NCBI GenBank assembly: GCA_050330205.1
Contig: JBHJOA010000016.1
Coordinates: 21,637 to 85,636, forward strand
Direction of reading: 5' to 3'
Length of the DNA stretch: 64,000 bases
Origin: Kiloniellaceae bacterium
Lineage (GTDB): Bacteria; Pseudomonadota; Alphaproteobacteria; Kiloniellales; Kiloniellaceae
The position numbers and the translations under genes are program-made. The notes under the pieces were generated by a model. It was given only the letters and a program-made list of their open reading frames with translations, did no database searches and was not told the DNA's origin. Below are positions 17,722 to 27,071 of this stretch, one piece after another (within the stretch, counting starts at the first letter, position 1; each line of letters begins with the position of its first letter).

Positions 17722-19353
17722 TCAGTGGCCTGCGCTTGCCATGCGCCGCGTGGTCAGCACCTCTTCCAGCCAGTCGAGGCGCATTTCCGGCACCGACTTC
17801 AGGAGGAGGTCGGTGTAGTCGTCGAAGGGTGGCGAGAGGACTTTCGATTTCGGCCCGAAGCGGACTACCCGTCCCTGGTACATCACGGCGATGGAGTCGG
17901 CGATGGCGCGCACCGTGGCGATGTCGTGGGTGATGAAGAGATACGACAAATGGGTTTCCGCCTGCAGGCGCATCAGCAGCTTCAGGATGCCGGCGGCGAC
18001 CAGCGGGTCCAGCGCCGAGGTCGGCTCGTCGCAGAGGATCACCTCGGGCTTGGCCGCCAGGGCGCGGGCGATGCAGACGCGCTGCTTCTGGCCGCCGGAG
18101 AGTTCGGCCGGATAGCGGTCGATGTAGCCCTTGCCCATCTCGATCTGCTCTAGCAGCTCGGCGACCCGCTTTGTCTTCTCCTCGCCACGCATGCCGAAAT
18201 AGAAGGTCAGCGGCCTGCCGACGATGTCGCGCACGGTCTGGCGGGGGTTCATGGCGGTATCGGCCATCTGATAGAGCATCTGGATCTGTCGCAGCTGCTC
18301 CTTGCTGCGGTCGGCGAACTTCGGCGGCAGCGGCTGGCCCTTGAAGTCAACCTCGCCCTTGGACGCCGGCAGCAGGCCGGTGATGACACGCGCGAGGGTC
18401 GACTTGCCGGAGCCCGACTCGCCGACCACGGCCAGGGTCTGCCCCCGCGGCACGTGTACCGAGACGTCGTGCAGCACCTTGAAGCCGCCGGAATAGGCGG
18501 CATCGACGCCTTCGATCCTGATCGTCGTGTCGGACTGCTCGGCCGCTTCCTGTTTCTGGATCTGGCGCACTGACACCAGCTCGCGGGTGTAGTCCTCGCG
18601 CGGCGCCTCGATGATCTGCTGTACCGGCCCGTACTCCACCATCCTGCCGTGGCGCAGCACCATGATGTCGTCGGACACCTGGGCGACCACGGCCAAGTCG
18701 TGGGTGATATAGAGCGCCGCCGTGTGGGTCTCGTCGATGGCGCGCTTGATGGCGGCGAGCACGTCGATCTGCGTGGTCACGTCGAGCGCGGTGGTCGGCT
18801 CGTCGAAGACGATGAGTTCGGGTCCGGGGCAGAGCGCCATGGCGGTCATGGCACGCTGCAGCTGGCCGCCGGACACCTGGTGCGGGTAGCGTCGGCCGAA
18901 GGTGTCCGGATCCGGCAGTCCCAGCACCCCGAAGAGGTAGCGCGCCCTTTTCCAGGCCTCCTTCGGAGACATTTTGCCGTGGCGCAGGGTCGCCTCGATC
19001 ACCTGGTCGCCGAGACGATGCGCCGGATTGAAGGCCGCCGCCGCCGATTGCGCAACGTAGCACACGCGGTTGCCGCGGACCGCGCGGATGCCGTTGCTGC
19101 CAAGGTCGAGGATGTTCTCGCCGTCGAGGCGCACCTCGCCGCCGGTGATGCGCACGCCGCCCCGCCCGTAGGCCAGGGCGGCGAGGCCGATGGTCGACTT
19201 TCCGGCCCCCGACTCGCCGATGAGGCCGAGCACGCGCCCCTTCTGCAGCGTGAACGACACCCCGTGGACGATGGTGATGTCCTGCGGCGGCTCGCCCGGC
19301 GGATAGGCCGTGGCGCCAATCTTAAGGTCGCGGACGTCGAGAAGATCAACCAT
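17722..19353 (-). CDS. ABC transporter ATP-binding protein, duplicated cassette (DppD/DppF fusion type)
   Basis: 543 aa. Two Walker A motifs (GESGAGKS, GESGSGKS) and two signature motifs (VSGGQLQR, LSGGQKQR). Confidence 0.92.
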   Translation of the reverse strand: MVDLLDVRDLKIGATAYPPGEPPQDITIVHGVSFTLQKGRVLGLIGESGAGKSTIGLAALAYGRGGVRITGGEVRLDGENILDLGSNGIRAVRGNRVCYVAQSAAAAFNPAHRLGDQVIEATLRHGKMSPKEAWKRARYLFGVLGLPDPDTFGRRYPHQVSGGQLQRAMTAMALCPGPELIVFDEPTTALDVTTQIDVLAAIKRAIDETHTAALYITHDLAVVAQVSDDIMVLRHGRMVEYGPVQQIIEAPREDYTRELVSVRQIQKQEAAEQSDTTIRIEGVDAAYSGGFKVLHDVSVHVPRGQTLAVVGESGSGKSTLARVITGLLPASKGEVDFKGQPLPPKFADRSKEQLRQIQMLYQMADTAMNPRQTVRDIVGRPLTFYFGMRGEEKTKRVAELLEQIEMGKGYIDRYPAELSGGQKQRVCIARALAAKPEVILCDEPTSALDPLVAAGILKLLMRLQAETHLSYLFITHDIATVRAIADSIAVMYQGRVVRFGPKSKVLSPPFDDYTDLLLKSVPEMRLDWLEEVLTTRRMASAGH

Positions 19354-20173
19354 CGCCGCGCCCTCCCTTCAGGCTGGAGGTTCGGTTCAGCAGCCAGTCG
19401 ACCACCAGGTTGACGCAGATGGCGAGGCCGGCAATGGCGGCGCCGGGGATCAGCGCCGCCGGGATGCCGAAGATGATGCCGTCCTTGTTGTCCTTGACGA
19501 TGCCGCCCCAGTCCGCTTCCGGCGGCTGGATACCGAGGCCGAGAAAGGAGAGGGTCGAGAGGAACAGTACCGAGAAGGCGAAACGCAGGCCGAACTCGGC
19601 CAGTAGAGGCGACAGGGTGTTGGGCAGGATCTCCCGGAAGATGATCCACAGCCGCCCCTCGCCGCGCAGCCGCGCCGCCTCGACGAACTCCATCACCGCC
19701 ACGTCGAGAGCCACGGCGCGGCCGATGCGGAACACGCGGGTCGATTCCAGCACGGCGATGACGGCGATGAGGATCCACAGCTCCTGCGGCAGCACCGCCA
19801 GCACGATCAGCGCGAAGATCAGGGTCGGGATCGACATCATGAGGTCATTGACGCGCGACAGGCCCTGGTCGGTCCAGCCGCCGACCACCGCCGCGGTGAA
19901 GGAGAGGAAAACCCCCATGCAGAACGCGAGCACCGTCGCCAGGAAAGCCACGGAGATGGTGGTCTGGGCGCCATAGATAAGGCGGGACAGCAGGTCGCGG
20001 CCGAGGTTGTCGGTGCCGAGCAGGAAGTCCCCGCCCATCGGCAGCCAGATGTCGCCGACGACCTCACGCTCGCCGTAGGGCGCGATCAAGGGCGCGAAGA
20101 TCGCGCAGAAGATCGCGAGCGCCATGCCGGACATGCCGACCCAGGCACTGATCGGGATTGCACGCCACCTCAT
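19346..20173 (-). CDS. ABC transporter permease (DppC-like)
   Basis: 275 aa multi-TM protein of the BPD-transporter inner membrane component type. Overlaps both neighbouring genes. Confidence 0.9.
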   Translation of the reverse strand: MRWRAIPISAWVGMSGMALAIFCAIFAPLIAPYGEREVVGDIWLPMGGDFLLGTDNLGRDLLSRLIYGAQTTISVAFLATVLAFCMGVFLSFTAAVVGGWTDQGLSRVNDLMMSIPTLIFALIVLAVLPQELWILIAVIAVLESTRVFRIGRAVALDVAVMEFVEAARLRGEGRLWIIFREILPNTLSPLLAEFGLRFAFSVLFLSTLSFLGLGIQPPEADWGGIVKDNKDGIIFGIPAALIPGAAIAGLAICVNLVVDWLLNRTSSLKGGRGDG

Positions 20174-21123
20174 CGCGGGTGCCTCAGACGCGGGTTGGCG
20201 ACGATGCCCAGGATATCCGCGGTCATGTTCAGCATGATGTAAACCGTCGCGAAAATCAGGCCGCAGGCCTGTACCACCGGCAGGTCACGCACGGTCACCG
20301 CGTCCACCATGTACTGTCCCATGCCCGGATAGACGAAAACCACCTCGACCACCACCACGCCGACAACGAGATAGGCGAGGTTGAGGGCCACGACGTTGAT
20401 GATCGGCGCGACGGCGTTGGGGGCGGCATGGCGCGCGATGATGCGCAGGGTACCGAGCCCCTTCAACTCGGCCGTCTCCACGTAGGGCGAGGACATCACG
20501 TTGAGGATCGCCGCCCGTGTCATCCGCATCATGTGCGCCAGCACCACCAGCACCAGGGTGGCGCAGGGCAGAACGATGGCCTCCATGCGCTGTTCGAAGG
20601 GCATGCCGGCGTAGACGGTCGAGGGAAAGGTCAGCCAGCCGCCCTGTACGGCGATGAAGAGAATGAGGATGTAACCGACGAAGAACTCAGGCAGGGAAAT
20701 CGCCGCCAGGGAGAGCACGTTGATCATGCGGTCGGGAAAGCGGTTGCGGTAGTGCACGGCCAGCATGCCGAGGCCGATGGCCAGCGGCACCGAGACAATG
20801 GCAGCCCAGAAGGCGAGGAAGAGGGTGTTGCCGAGCCTGAGGCCGATCTGCCGGGACACCGAGTTGCCGCTGGCCCAGGAATTGCCGAAATCGCCCTGGA
20901 CGGCGCCGCCGAGCCACTGCAGGTAGCGGGTGACCGCCGGCTGGTCGAGACCGAGTTCCTGGCGGATGTTGGCCACCGCCTGGGGGGTCGCCGACTGGCC
21001 CAGATAGGTCTGCGCGAAATCGCCCGGCAGCGCCTCGATGCCGAGAAAGATCACCACCGAGACGGCGAACAGCAATCCCGCGCTGAGGCCGAGGCGCTGC
21101 AGAATCAGCGCGGTCAACGGCAT
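20170..21123 (-). CDS. ABC transporter permease (DppB-like)
   Basis: 317 aa from ATG 21123 (MPLTALILQRLGLS, a typical DppB N-terminus). The upstream part of the ORF is P/G/A-rich and probably non-coding. Confidence 0.88.
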   Translation of the reverse strand: MPLTALILQRLGLSAGLLFAVSVVIFLGIEALPGDFAQTYLGQSATPQAVANIRQELGLDQPAVTRYLQWLGGAVQGDFGNSWASGNSVSRQIGLRLGNTLFLAFWAAIVSVPLAIGLGMLAVHYRNRFPDRMINVLSLAAISLPEFFVGYILILFIAVQGGWLTFPSTVYAGMPFEQRMEAIVLPCATLVLVVLAHMMRMTRAAILNVMSSPYVETAELKGLGTLRIIARHAAPNAVAPIINVVALNLAYLVVGVVVVEVVFVYPGMGQYMVDAVTVRDLPVVQACGLIFATVYIMLNMTADILGIVANPRLRHPR

Positions 21124-21265
21124 GGCGTGGCGAAAGCGGTTCCATGCTGCTACCTGCCCGGCGGCCGCGGCCGGACCGGGGGGCGCCGCGGCGACGCCCC
21201 CCATGTCCGGCGCCGCCGGCGGGCCGGCGCGGCCGGGGTCGGATCCCCCGCTGCCTGCACTCATG

Positions 21266-22855
21266 TTACGACGTCAGCCAGACGCGGGTCGCGGCATAGC
21301 CGTTCGACATGTCGTTGCCGATGTCGTGGACATAGCCCTGCACGTTCTTCGTGATGGCGTTGATGAAGTCGTTGAACATCGGCAGGATCAGGCCGCCCTC
21401 GTCGCGCACCATGTGCGCCATGGTGCGGTACATCTCCTCACGCTTGGCCTGGTCGAGCTCGGCGCGCGCCTCGAGCAGCAGCTTGTCGAAGTCTTCCCGG
21501 TAGAACTTGGTGTCGTTCCAGTCCGCCTTCGAATAGTAGGCCGTCGAGTACATCTGGTCCTGTGTCGGACGGCCGCCCCAATAGGAGGTGCAGAAGGGCT
21601 GCGCGTTCCACACGTTGGACCAGTAGCCGTCGCCCGGCTCGCGCCGGATCTCGATCTCGATGCCGGCTTTCCTCGCCGTCTCCTGGTAGAGCACTGCCGC
21701 ATCGACGGCACCGGGGAAGGCCACGGTCGAGGTGCGCAGCAGCACCGAGCCGCTATGGCCGGACTTCTTGAAGTGGAAGGTCGCCTTGTCGGGATCGTAG
21801 CTGCGCTGCTCGATGCCCTCGGGGAAGAGCGCATAGGTTTCGTTGATCGGGAAGTCGTTACCCACCTTGCCGAAGCCGCGCAGGATCGTCTCGACCATGG
21901 CCTCGCGGTCCATAGCGTACTTGAGCGCCAGGCGCAGGTCGTTGTTGACGAACGGCTCCTTGTCGCAGTGCATGATGAAGACGTAGTGACCGCGGCCGGA
22001 GGTGTTCTCGATCGAGAGATTGGGCGACCGCTTCAAAAGATCGACGGTCTTGGGGTCGACGCGGTTGATGAAGTGCAACTGATTCGACGAAATGGCCGCG
22101 GTACGGGCCGTGGCGTCGTTGATCACCAGGATCTCAACCGAGTCGACGTAGCCGCGGTCGTCGCGCCAGTCGTTGGGATTGCGCTCCAGGTTGACGCGGA
22201 CGCCGGGCTCGAAGCTGACGACCTTGTAGGGGCCGGTGCCGATGCCGGCGTTGGGGTCGTCGACGCCGCCGCCCGGCTGAATGATGAGGTGGTAATCCGA
22301 GAGCAGCAGCGGCAGGTCCGCGTTGCCCTCCTGCAGGCTCACCACCAGGTCGCCGCCGTCGTTCCGGATGTCGGTGATCGAGTTCATGATGCCGAGGGCA
22401 CCCGACTGCGAGGACTCGTCGCTGTGGCGCTTCAGGGTGGCGACCACGTCGTCGATCGTCAGCTCCTTGCCGTTGTGGAACTGGATGCCCTTGCGGATCT
22501 TGAAGGTCCAGACTTTGGCGTCGGGCGAGGCCTCCCAGGACTCGGCTAGTCCCGGCAGCGGCTGACCGGAGGTCGGATGGCTCTCGATCAGCGTATCGCC
22601 CCAGCAGCGGCCGGTCATGAAGCAGACCTGCGAGGTGTACTTCGCCGGATCCAGCACGTCGGTGCTGGCGCCGCCCTCGAGGCCGGCCTTGAAGTGCCCG
22701 CCGCGCCGCGGCTCGGCCGCCAGCAGGCTGGAACTCAGCAGCGTGGTGGCCGCCGGAAGCGTCAGTCCGAAGGCCGCTGCCCGGCCCATGAATTCGCGCC
22801 GGCCGATGCGCCCGAGGGCGGCCTGGCGGCTGAGATATTTGAGATAGTTGTCCAT
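21266..22855 (-). CDS. ABC transporter substrate-binding protein, family 5 (peptide/nickel/opine type)
   Basis: 529 aa. Tat-like signal (GRREFMGRAAAFGLTLPAA). SBP_bac_5 fold. GAGAGG SD before the ATG. Confidence 0.9.
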   Translation of the reverse strand: MDNYLKYLSRQAALGRIGRREFMGRAAAFGLTLPAATTLLSSSLLAAEPRRGGHFKAGLEGGASTDVLDPAKYTSQVCFMTGRCWGDTLIESHPTSGQPLPGLAESWEASPDAKVWTFKIRKGIQFHNGKELTIDDVVATLKRHSDESSQSGALGIMNSITDIRNDGGDLVVSLQEGNADLPLLLSDYHLIIQPGGGVDDPNAGIGTGPYKVVSFEPGVRVNLERNPNDWRDDRGYVDSVEILVINDATARTAAISSNQLHFINRVDPKTVDLLKRSPNLSIENTSGRGHYVFIMHCDKEPFVNNDLRLALKYAMDREAMVETILRGFGKVGNDFPINETYALFPEGIEQRSYDPDKATFHFKKSGHSGSVLLRTSTVAFPGAVDAAVLYQETARKAGIEIEIRREPGDGYWSNVWNAQPFCTSYWGGRPTQDQMYSTAYYSKADWNDTKFYREDFDKLLLEARAELDQAKREEMYRTMAHMVRDEGGLILPMFNDFINAITKNVQGYVHDIGNDMSNGYAATRVWLTS

Positions 22856-23304
22856 GATTGCCTCTCTGCTTTTATTGGTTGTGTTTTCTTGATTGATACG
22901 ATGCTCGGTTGCTTTACCCGATATCCAGCCTCGTCGGTGTCTTCGTCCGGAACCCGTCAGGCGTTCCGAACTGTGTATGGATCGGCCGACGGCCCGCAGG
23001 CCGCAGCGCAGAACGGCGCGGCACGCTCTGACCGAAATGCCCTAGCAAGGCCGCGGCGCTGTCCGCGACGGCGGGCGCCTTTGCGACTTCAACGCGCGGC
23101 ACTAAGGCGCGTAAGGCATAACAACGGGCAATGCTGTCGTCAAATTGCGGCCGGCGGTACCTTCTAGGTGATCCCTCGGACCGGCACGTTACCGCTTTCC
23201 CCGAACCTCGCTTCTTATCTTTTGCCGAAGTATGGCACGCGATTTTGGCAGGGTAGCACCCAGATAACGCCCTCAATTTGCGAATTCCCGACAACGGCGC
23301 GCCT

Positions 23305-24225
23305 TCAGCCATGGGCGGCTCCTTCCGGAGGCCCGGCCAGCCACGCGGCGACCATGTCCGCCTCCGATGCCGCCGCGCCGCGGCCGCGCAGCAGCCAGTA
23401 GCCGCGCTCGCTGCCCAGCGTGACGTCGCAGGCCGGCACCACGGCGCCGGCTTCCAGAAGACCGTCGACCAGGCCGTGCCAGCCGAGGCCGACGCCCTGT
23501 TCGGCCTGCACGGCCTGCATGACGAGGGTGTAGGTATTGAAACCGAGCGAACTGGCGGTCGGGTGGTTCGAGACCCCGGCCTGGTCGAACCAGCTCTCCC
23601 AGTTAAACCAGCGGCCACTGCTGTCCCCCTCCAAGTGGATCAGCGGCACGTCGAGAAGCTGTTCGACCCGCTCGAAAGGGCCGAAGCGCCGCAGGAATCC
23701 TGGCGCGCAGACTGCTGTTGCGCGCTCCGGGATGAGCAGGCGCGCGCCGTCCTCGAACCGGCCCTCGAAGTCGCTGCGGTCGCCGAAGAGGACGGCGAGG
23801 TCGACATCGTCCTCGATGCCGGGCGTGAGCGACTGGGTCGCGACGATGTGGATATCGATCCCTGAATGCGCGCTCCGGAAATCGGCGACGCGCGGCATCA
23901 GGCGGAAGGCGGCGAAGGCGAAGTCGGTGGCCAGACGCACGGTCGGCGTGCGGGCGCGGCGGCAGATCGACTGCACCGCCTCGTCGAGACGCTCGATCCC
24001 CTGGCGCACCGCCACCTGCAAGGTCTCGCCCGCGATGGTCAGCTCGAGCCCCCGGTGGCGGCGGCGGAACAGCTGGACACCGAGAAGCTCCTCCATCTGC
24101 TTGATGCGGTAGGACAGTGCCGGTTGCGTCATGCCCAGCGCCGTGGCCGCCCGCGACAGGTTGCGGTGGCGGGCGACCACATCGAAGGATCGCAGGCAGC
24201 CGATATCGAGTGGATTCGATCCCAT
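23305..24225 (-). CDS. LysR-family transcriptional regulator
   Basis: 306 aa from ATG 24225. HTH LSRAATALGMTQPALSYRIKQME plus a LysR substrate-binding domain. Divergent from betC. Confidence 0.9.
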   Translation of the reverse strand: MGSNPLDIGCLRSFDVVARHRNLSRAATALGMTQPALSYRIKQMEELLGVQLFRRRHRGLELTIAGETLQVAVRQGIERLDEAVQSICRRARTPTVRLATDFAFAAFRLMPRVADFRSAHSGIDIHIVATQSLTPGIEDDVDLAVLFGDRSDFEGRFEDGARLLIPERATAVCAPGFLRRFGPFERVEQLLDVPLIHLEGDSSGRWFNWESWFDQAGVSNHPTASSLGFNTYTLVMQAVQAEQGVGLGWHGLVDGLLEAGAVVPACDVTLGSERGYWLLRGRGAAASEADMVAAWLAGPPEGAAHG

Positions 24226-24238
24226 AAACACTGTTTAT
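24224..24238. promoter_or_regulatory. LTTR-type box ATAAACA-C-TGTTTAT (T-N11-A with perfect dyad)
   Basis: Perfect 15-bp palindrome overlapping the LysR ATG. Centred about 67 nt upstream of the predicted betC transcription start. Confidence 0.5.
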
Positions 24239-24261
24239 ATCATTCATCAGCCGGACGCAGC

Positions 24262-24291
24262 TTCACAGTAGCGCAGTGTTGCACGTAGAGT
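24262..24291 (+). promoter_or_regulatory. sigma70-like promoter of betC
   Basis: TTCACA (24262-24267), N18, TAGAGT (24286-24291). Confidence 0.35.
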
Positions 24292-24436
24292 CTCTCTGAA
24301 ATTGCCCTGGGGATTCAGGGCCGAATGTCGTCTTCACGCTCCTGCCATAAATGGGACGAGGGGCTGATTGGATTTGTGTGCCTCGCGGGGGACGTGCCTG
24401 CGATGCCGGACCGGCGGCCCCAGGGAGAACATCGCG

Positions 24437-25948
24437 ATGACGGTCCGGCCGCCCAATATCCTGATCCTGATGGTCGACCAGATGGCGGGCACGCTCTGCC
24501 CGGACGGGCCGGCGGCATTTCTGCACACCCCTCATCTGAATGCCCTGGCCGAACGGGCGCTGCGCTTCGCCAACTGCTACACGCCGAGCCCGCTCTGCCT
24601 GCCTTCGCGCGCCTCCTTCATGAGCGGACTGCTGCCGTCACGAAGCGGCGTCTACGACAACGCCGCGGAAGTCACCGCATCGCTGCCCACCTTCGCGCAC
24701 TACCTGCGCCGGGCCGGCTACCGCACCGTGCTGAGCGGCAAGATGCATTTCGCCGGACCGGATCAGCTGCACGGATTCGAGGAGCGCCTGACCACCGACA
24801 TCTATCCGGCGGACTTCGGCTGGACGCCCGATTACCGCAAGCCGGGCGAACGCATCGACTGGTGGTATCACAACCTGTCTTCGGTGACCGGTGCCGGCGT
24901 CGCCGAGACCTCCAATCAGCTGGAGTACGACGACGAGGTCGCCTTCCACGGCGAGGCCGAACTCTACCGGTTGGCGCGGCGGCGCGACGCGCAGCCCTGG
25001 TGCCTGACGGTCAGCTTCACCCATCCGCACGACCCCTACGTCGCCCGCCGGCGGTTCTGGGACCTTTACGAGGACTGTCCGGCCCTGCTGCCGGAGGTCG
25101 CGGCGATCCCCTACGAGGCACAGGATCCGCACAGCAGGCGCCTGCTGGAGGCCGTCGACTTCCGCAGCTTCGACATCGCCGAGGACGACATCCGGCGCGC
25201 ACGCCGGGCCTATTTCGCCAACATCTCCTATCTCGACGAGAAGATCGGCCGGCTGCTCGAAACCCTGCAGCGCTGCCGCATGGCGGAGGACACCGTCGTG
25301 CTCTTCCTCGCCGACCACGGCGACATGCTGGGCGAGCGCGGCCTGTGGTTCAAGATGAGCTTCTTCGAGGGGTCGGCGCGAATCCCGCTGCTGCTGGCTG
25401 GTCCCGGCCTCGGCGACGGCCGTATCGACACGCCGGTCTCGGCCCTCGACGTGCTGCCGACCCTCTGCGAGCTGGCCGGCATCGCGCCGGATGCCGCCTG
25501 CGGCGAACTGGATGGCGAGTCGCTGCTGCCGCTGGCCGCCGGCGGCACGCGGCAGCGTCCGGTGATGATGGAATACGCCGCCGAAGGGTCTTACGCGCCG
25601 ATGGTTTCGCTGCGCGACGCGCGTTTCAAGTTCAACCACTGCGAACTCGACCCGCCGCAGCTCTTCGACCTCCAAGACGACCCGCAGGAACTGAACAACC
25701 TGGCCGCAGATCCTGCCCAGGCGGACCGGGTCGGCGGCTTCATCGACCGGCTGCGCCAGCGCTGGGACATGGCCCGCTTCGACGCCGAGGTGCGCGCAAG
25801 CCAGGCGCGCCGCTGGGTGGTCTACGAGGCGCTGCGTCAGGGCCGCTTCCGGCCCTGGGACCACCAGCCGGACCCGCGCGACGCCGAGCGCTTCATGCGC
25901 AACCACAAGGACCTCAACGTCGTCGAAGCGGAAGCGCGCTTTCCCTAA
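24437..25948 (+). CDS. betC: choline-sulfatase
   Basis: 503 aa from ATG 24437 (AGGGAGA SD). Sulfatase N-terminus NILILMVDQM. Formylglycine motif C-L-P-S-R (SPLCLPSRAS). Length and layout fit BetC. Confidence 0.88.
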   Translation: MTVRPPNILILMVDQMAGTLCPDGPAAFLHTPHLNALAERALRFANCYTPSPLCLPSRASFMSGLLPSRSGVYDNAAEVTASLPTFAHYLRRAGYRTVLSGKMHFAGPDQLHGFEERLTTDIYPADFGWTPDYRKPGERIDWWYHNLSSVTGAGVAETSNQLEYDDEVAFHGEAELYRLARRRDAQPWCLTVSFTHPHDPYVARRRFWDLYEDCPALLPEVAAIPYEAQDPHSRRLLEAVDFRSFDIAEDDIRRARRAYFANISYLDEKIGRLLETLQRCRMAEDTVVLFLADHGDMLGERGLWFKMSFFEGSARIPLLLAGPGLGDGRIDTPVSALDVLPTLCELAGIAPDAACGELDGESLLPLAAGGTRQRPVMMEYAAEGSYAPMVSLRDARFKFNHCELDPPQLFDLQDDPQELNNLAADPAQADRVGGFIDRLRQRWDMARFDAEVRASQARRWVVYEALRQGRFRPWDHQPDPRDAERFMRNHKDLNVVEAEARFP

Positions 25949-26062
25949 AGGGCACGGCTGGTAGAGAGTACGGCTGGCGGGGCGCGACACCCGCGCTATA
26001 TGGCTCAGTGAGACCTTGTCAGCGCCCTCGACCGGTCGAGGGGCGATCGCCGCTACGGAACC

Positions 26063-26968
26063 ATGCCTGTCCGCCACGTCACCGTCTTCGGAGGCACCGG
26101 CTTTCTCGGCCGCCGGATCGTCGAGCGCTTGCTGGATGCCGGCTGCCGCGTTCGCATCGCCGCGCGCCGTCCACAGCGCTGGGCCGACACCGGAGGCCGG
26201 TCTGCACGGGTCGAAGGCTTCGCGGCCAACCTTCGCGACGCCGGCGCGGTGGCCGCCGCCATGGCCGGAACCGACGCCGTGGTGAACGCCGTCAGCCTTT
26301 ACTGGGAGCATGGCGGCGCGACCTTCAGGTCCATCCACGTCGACGGGGCGAGGCGCCTCGCCGAGGCGGCGCGGGCGAATGACGTTCGCTGCCTGATCCA
26401 CCTCTCGGGGATCGGCGCCGACAGCGGCTCCGCTTCGCCCTATGTCCGCAGCCGCGGCGAAGGCGATGAGGCGGTGCGGGCCGCCTTCGGGCGCGCCGTG
26501 ATCTTCCGTCCCAGCGTCATGTTCGGTGCCGACGACGCTTTCTTGAACGGCCTGCTGCCGCTGATCCGGCGAGCCCCGCTGCTGCCTCTCTTCGGACGCG
26601 GGCGCTGCCGGCTGCAGCCGGTTTACGTCGGCGATGTCGCCACCGCGGCCCTGCGCGTGATCTCCGCCCCAAACCTTCCGGCGCGGCTCTTCGAGCTGGG
26701 CGGGCCGGAGACCTTCACCTACCGAGAACTGGTCGAACTGCTCGCCGCGAGGACCGGGCGCAGGCTTCTGCTTCTGCCGCTTCCCTATGCGGTCTGGAGC
26801 GCCCTCGCCGCCCTGTCGGCAGCGTTGCCGGTGCCGCCCTTGACGGAAGGTCAGGTGGCGCTGATGAAGCGCGATAATCTTGCCGCGCCGGATCTGCCCG
26901 GCCTGGCGGCGCTCGGCATCGTGCCCACCGGCATCGGAACGGTGCTACAACGCGACTTCGGCCTCTAG
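26063..26968 (+). CDS. NAD(P)-binding atypical SDR, NDUFA9/NmrA-like
   Basis: 301 aa. Rossmann motif VFGGTGFLGRRIV. Confidence 0.85.
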   Translation: MPVRHVTVFGGTGFLGRRIVERLLDAGCRVRIAARRPQRWADTGGRSARVEGFAANLRDAGAVAAAMAGTDAVVNAVSLYWEHGGATFRSIHVDGARRLAEAARANDVRCLIHLSGIGADSGSASPYVRSRGEGDEAVRAAFGRAVIFRPSVMFGADDAFLNGLLPLIRRAPLLPLFGRGRCRLQPVYVGDVATAALRVISAPNLPARLFELGGPETFTYRELVELLAARTGRRLLLLPLPYAVWSALAALSAALPVPPLTEGQVALMKRDNLAAPDLPGLAALGIVPTGIGTVLQRDFGL

Positions 26969-27071
26969 GCAAAACCTGCGATCCGGGAACAGACGACGGC
27001 TCCCAACGTTTTCTCTAGTGCTGGAACAGCGCCGGTCGCCGCCGGCGCGACGGCCGAGAGGAGGTACCTGC

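Noticed and set aside
23233-23250. TGGCAC-containing sequence resembling a sigma54 -24 element
   Set aside because: The GC of the would-be -12 element is 2 nt out of register (GG to GC spacing is 14 instead of 12). No plus-strand gene lies downstream, because the LysR gene here is on the minus strand.
24325-26401. 685-aa plus-strand and 587-aa minus-strand ORFs overlapping betC
   Set aside because: They are off-frame or antisense shadows of the choline sulfatase gene, with arginine- and proline-rich translations and no domain signatures. The same reasoning applies to the many other long overlapping ORFs, for example 10187-11776, 12355-13785, 16039-17685 and 20158-21354.
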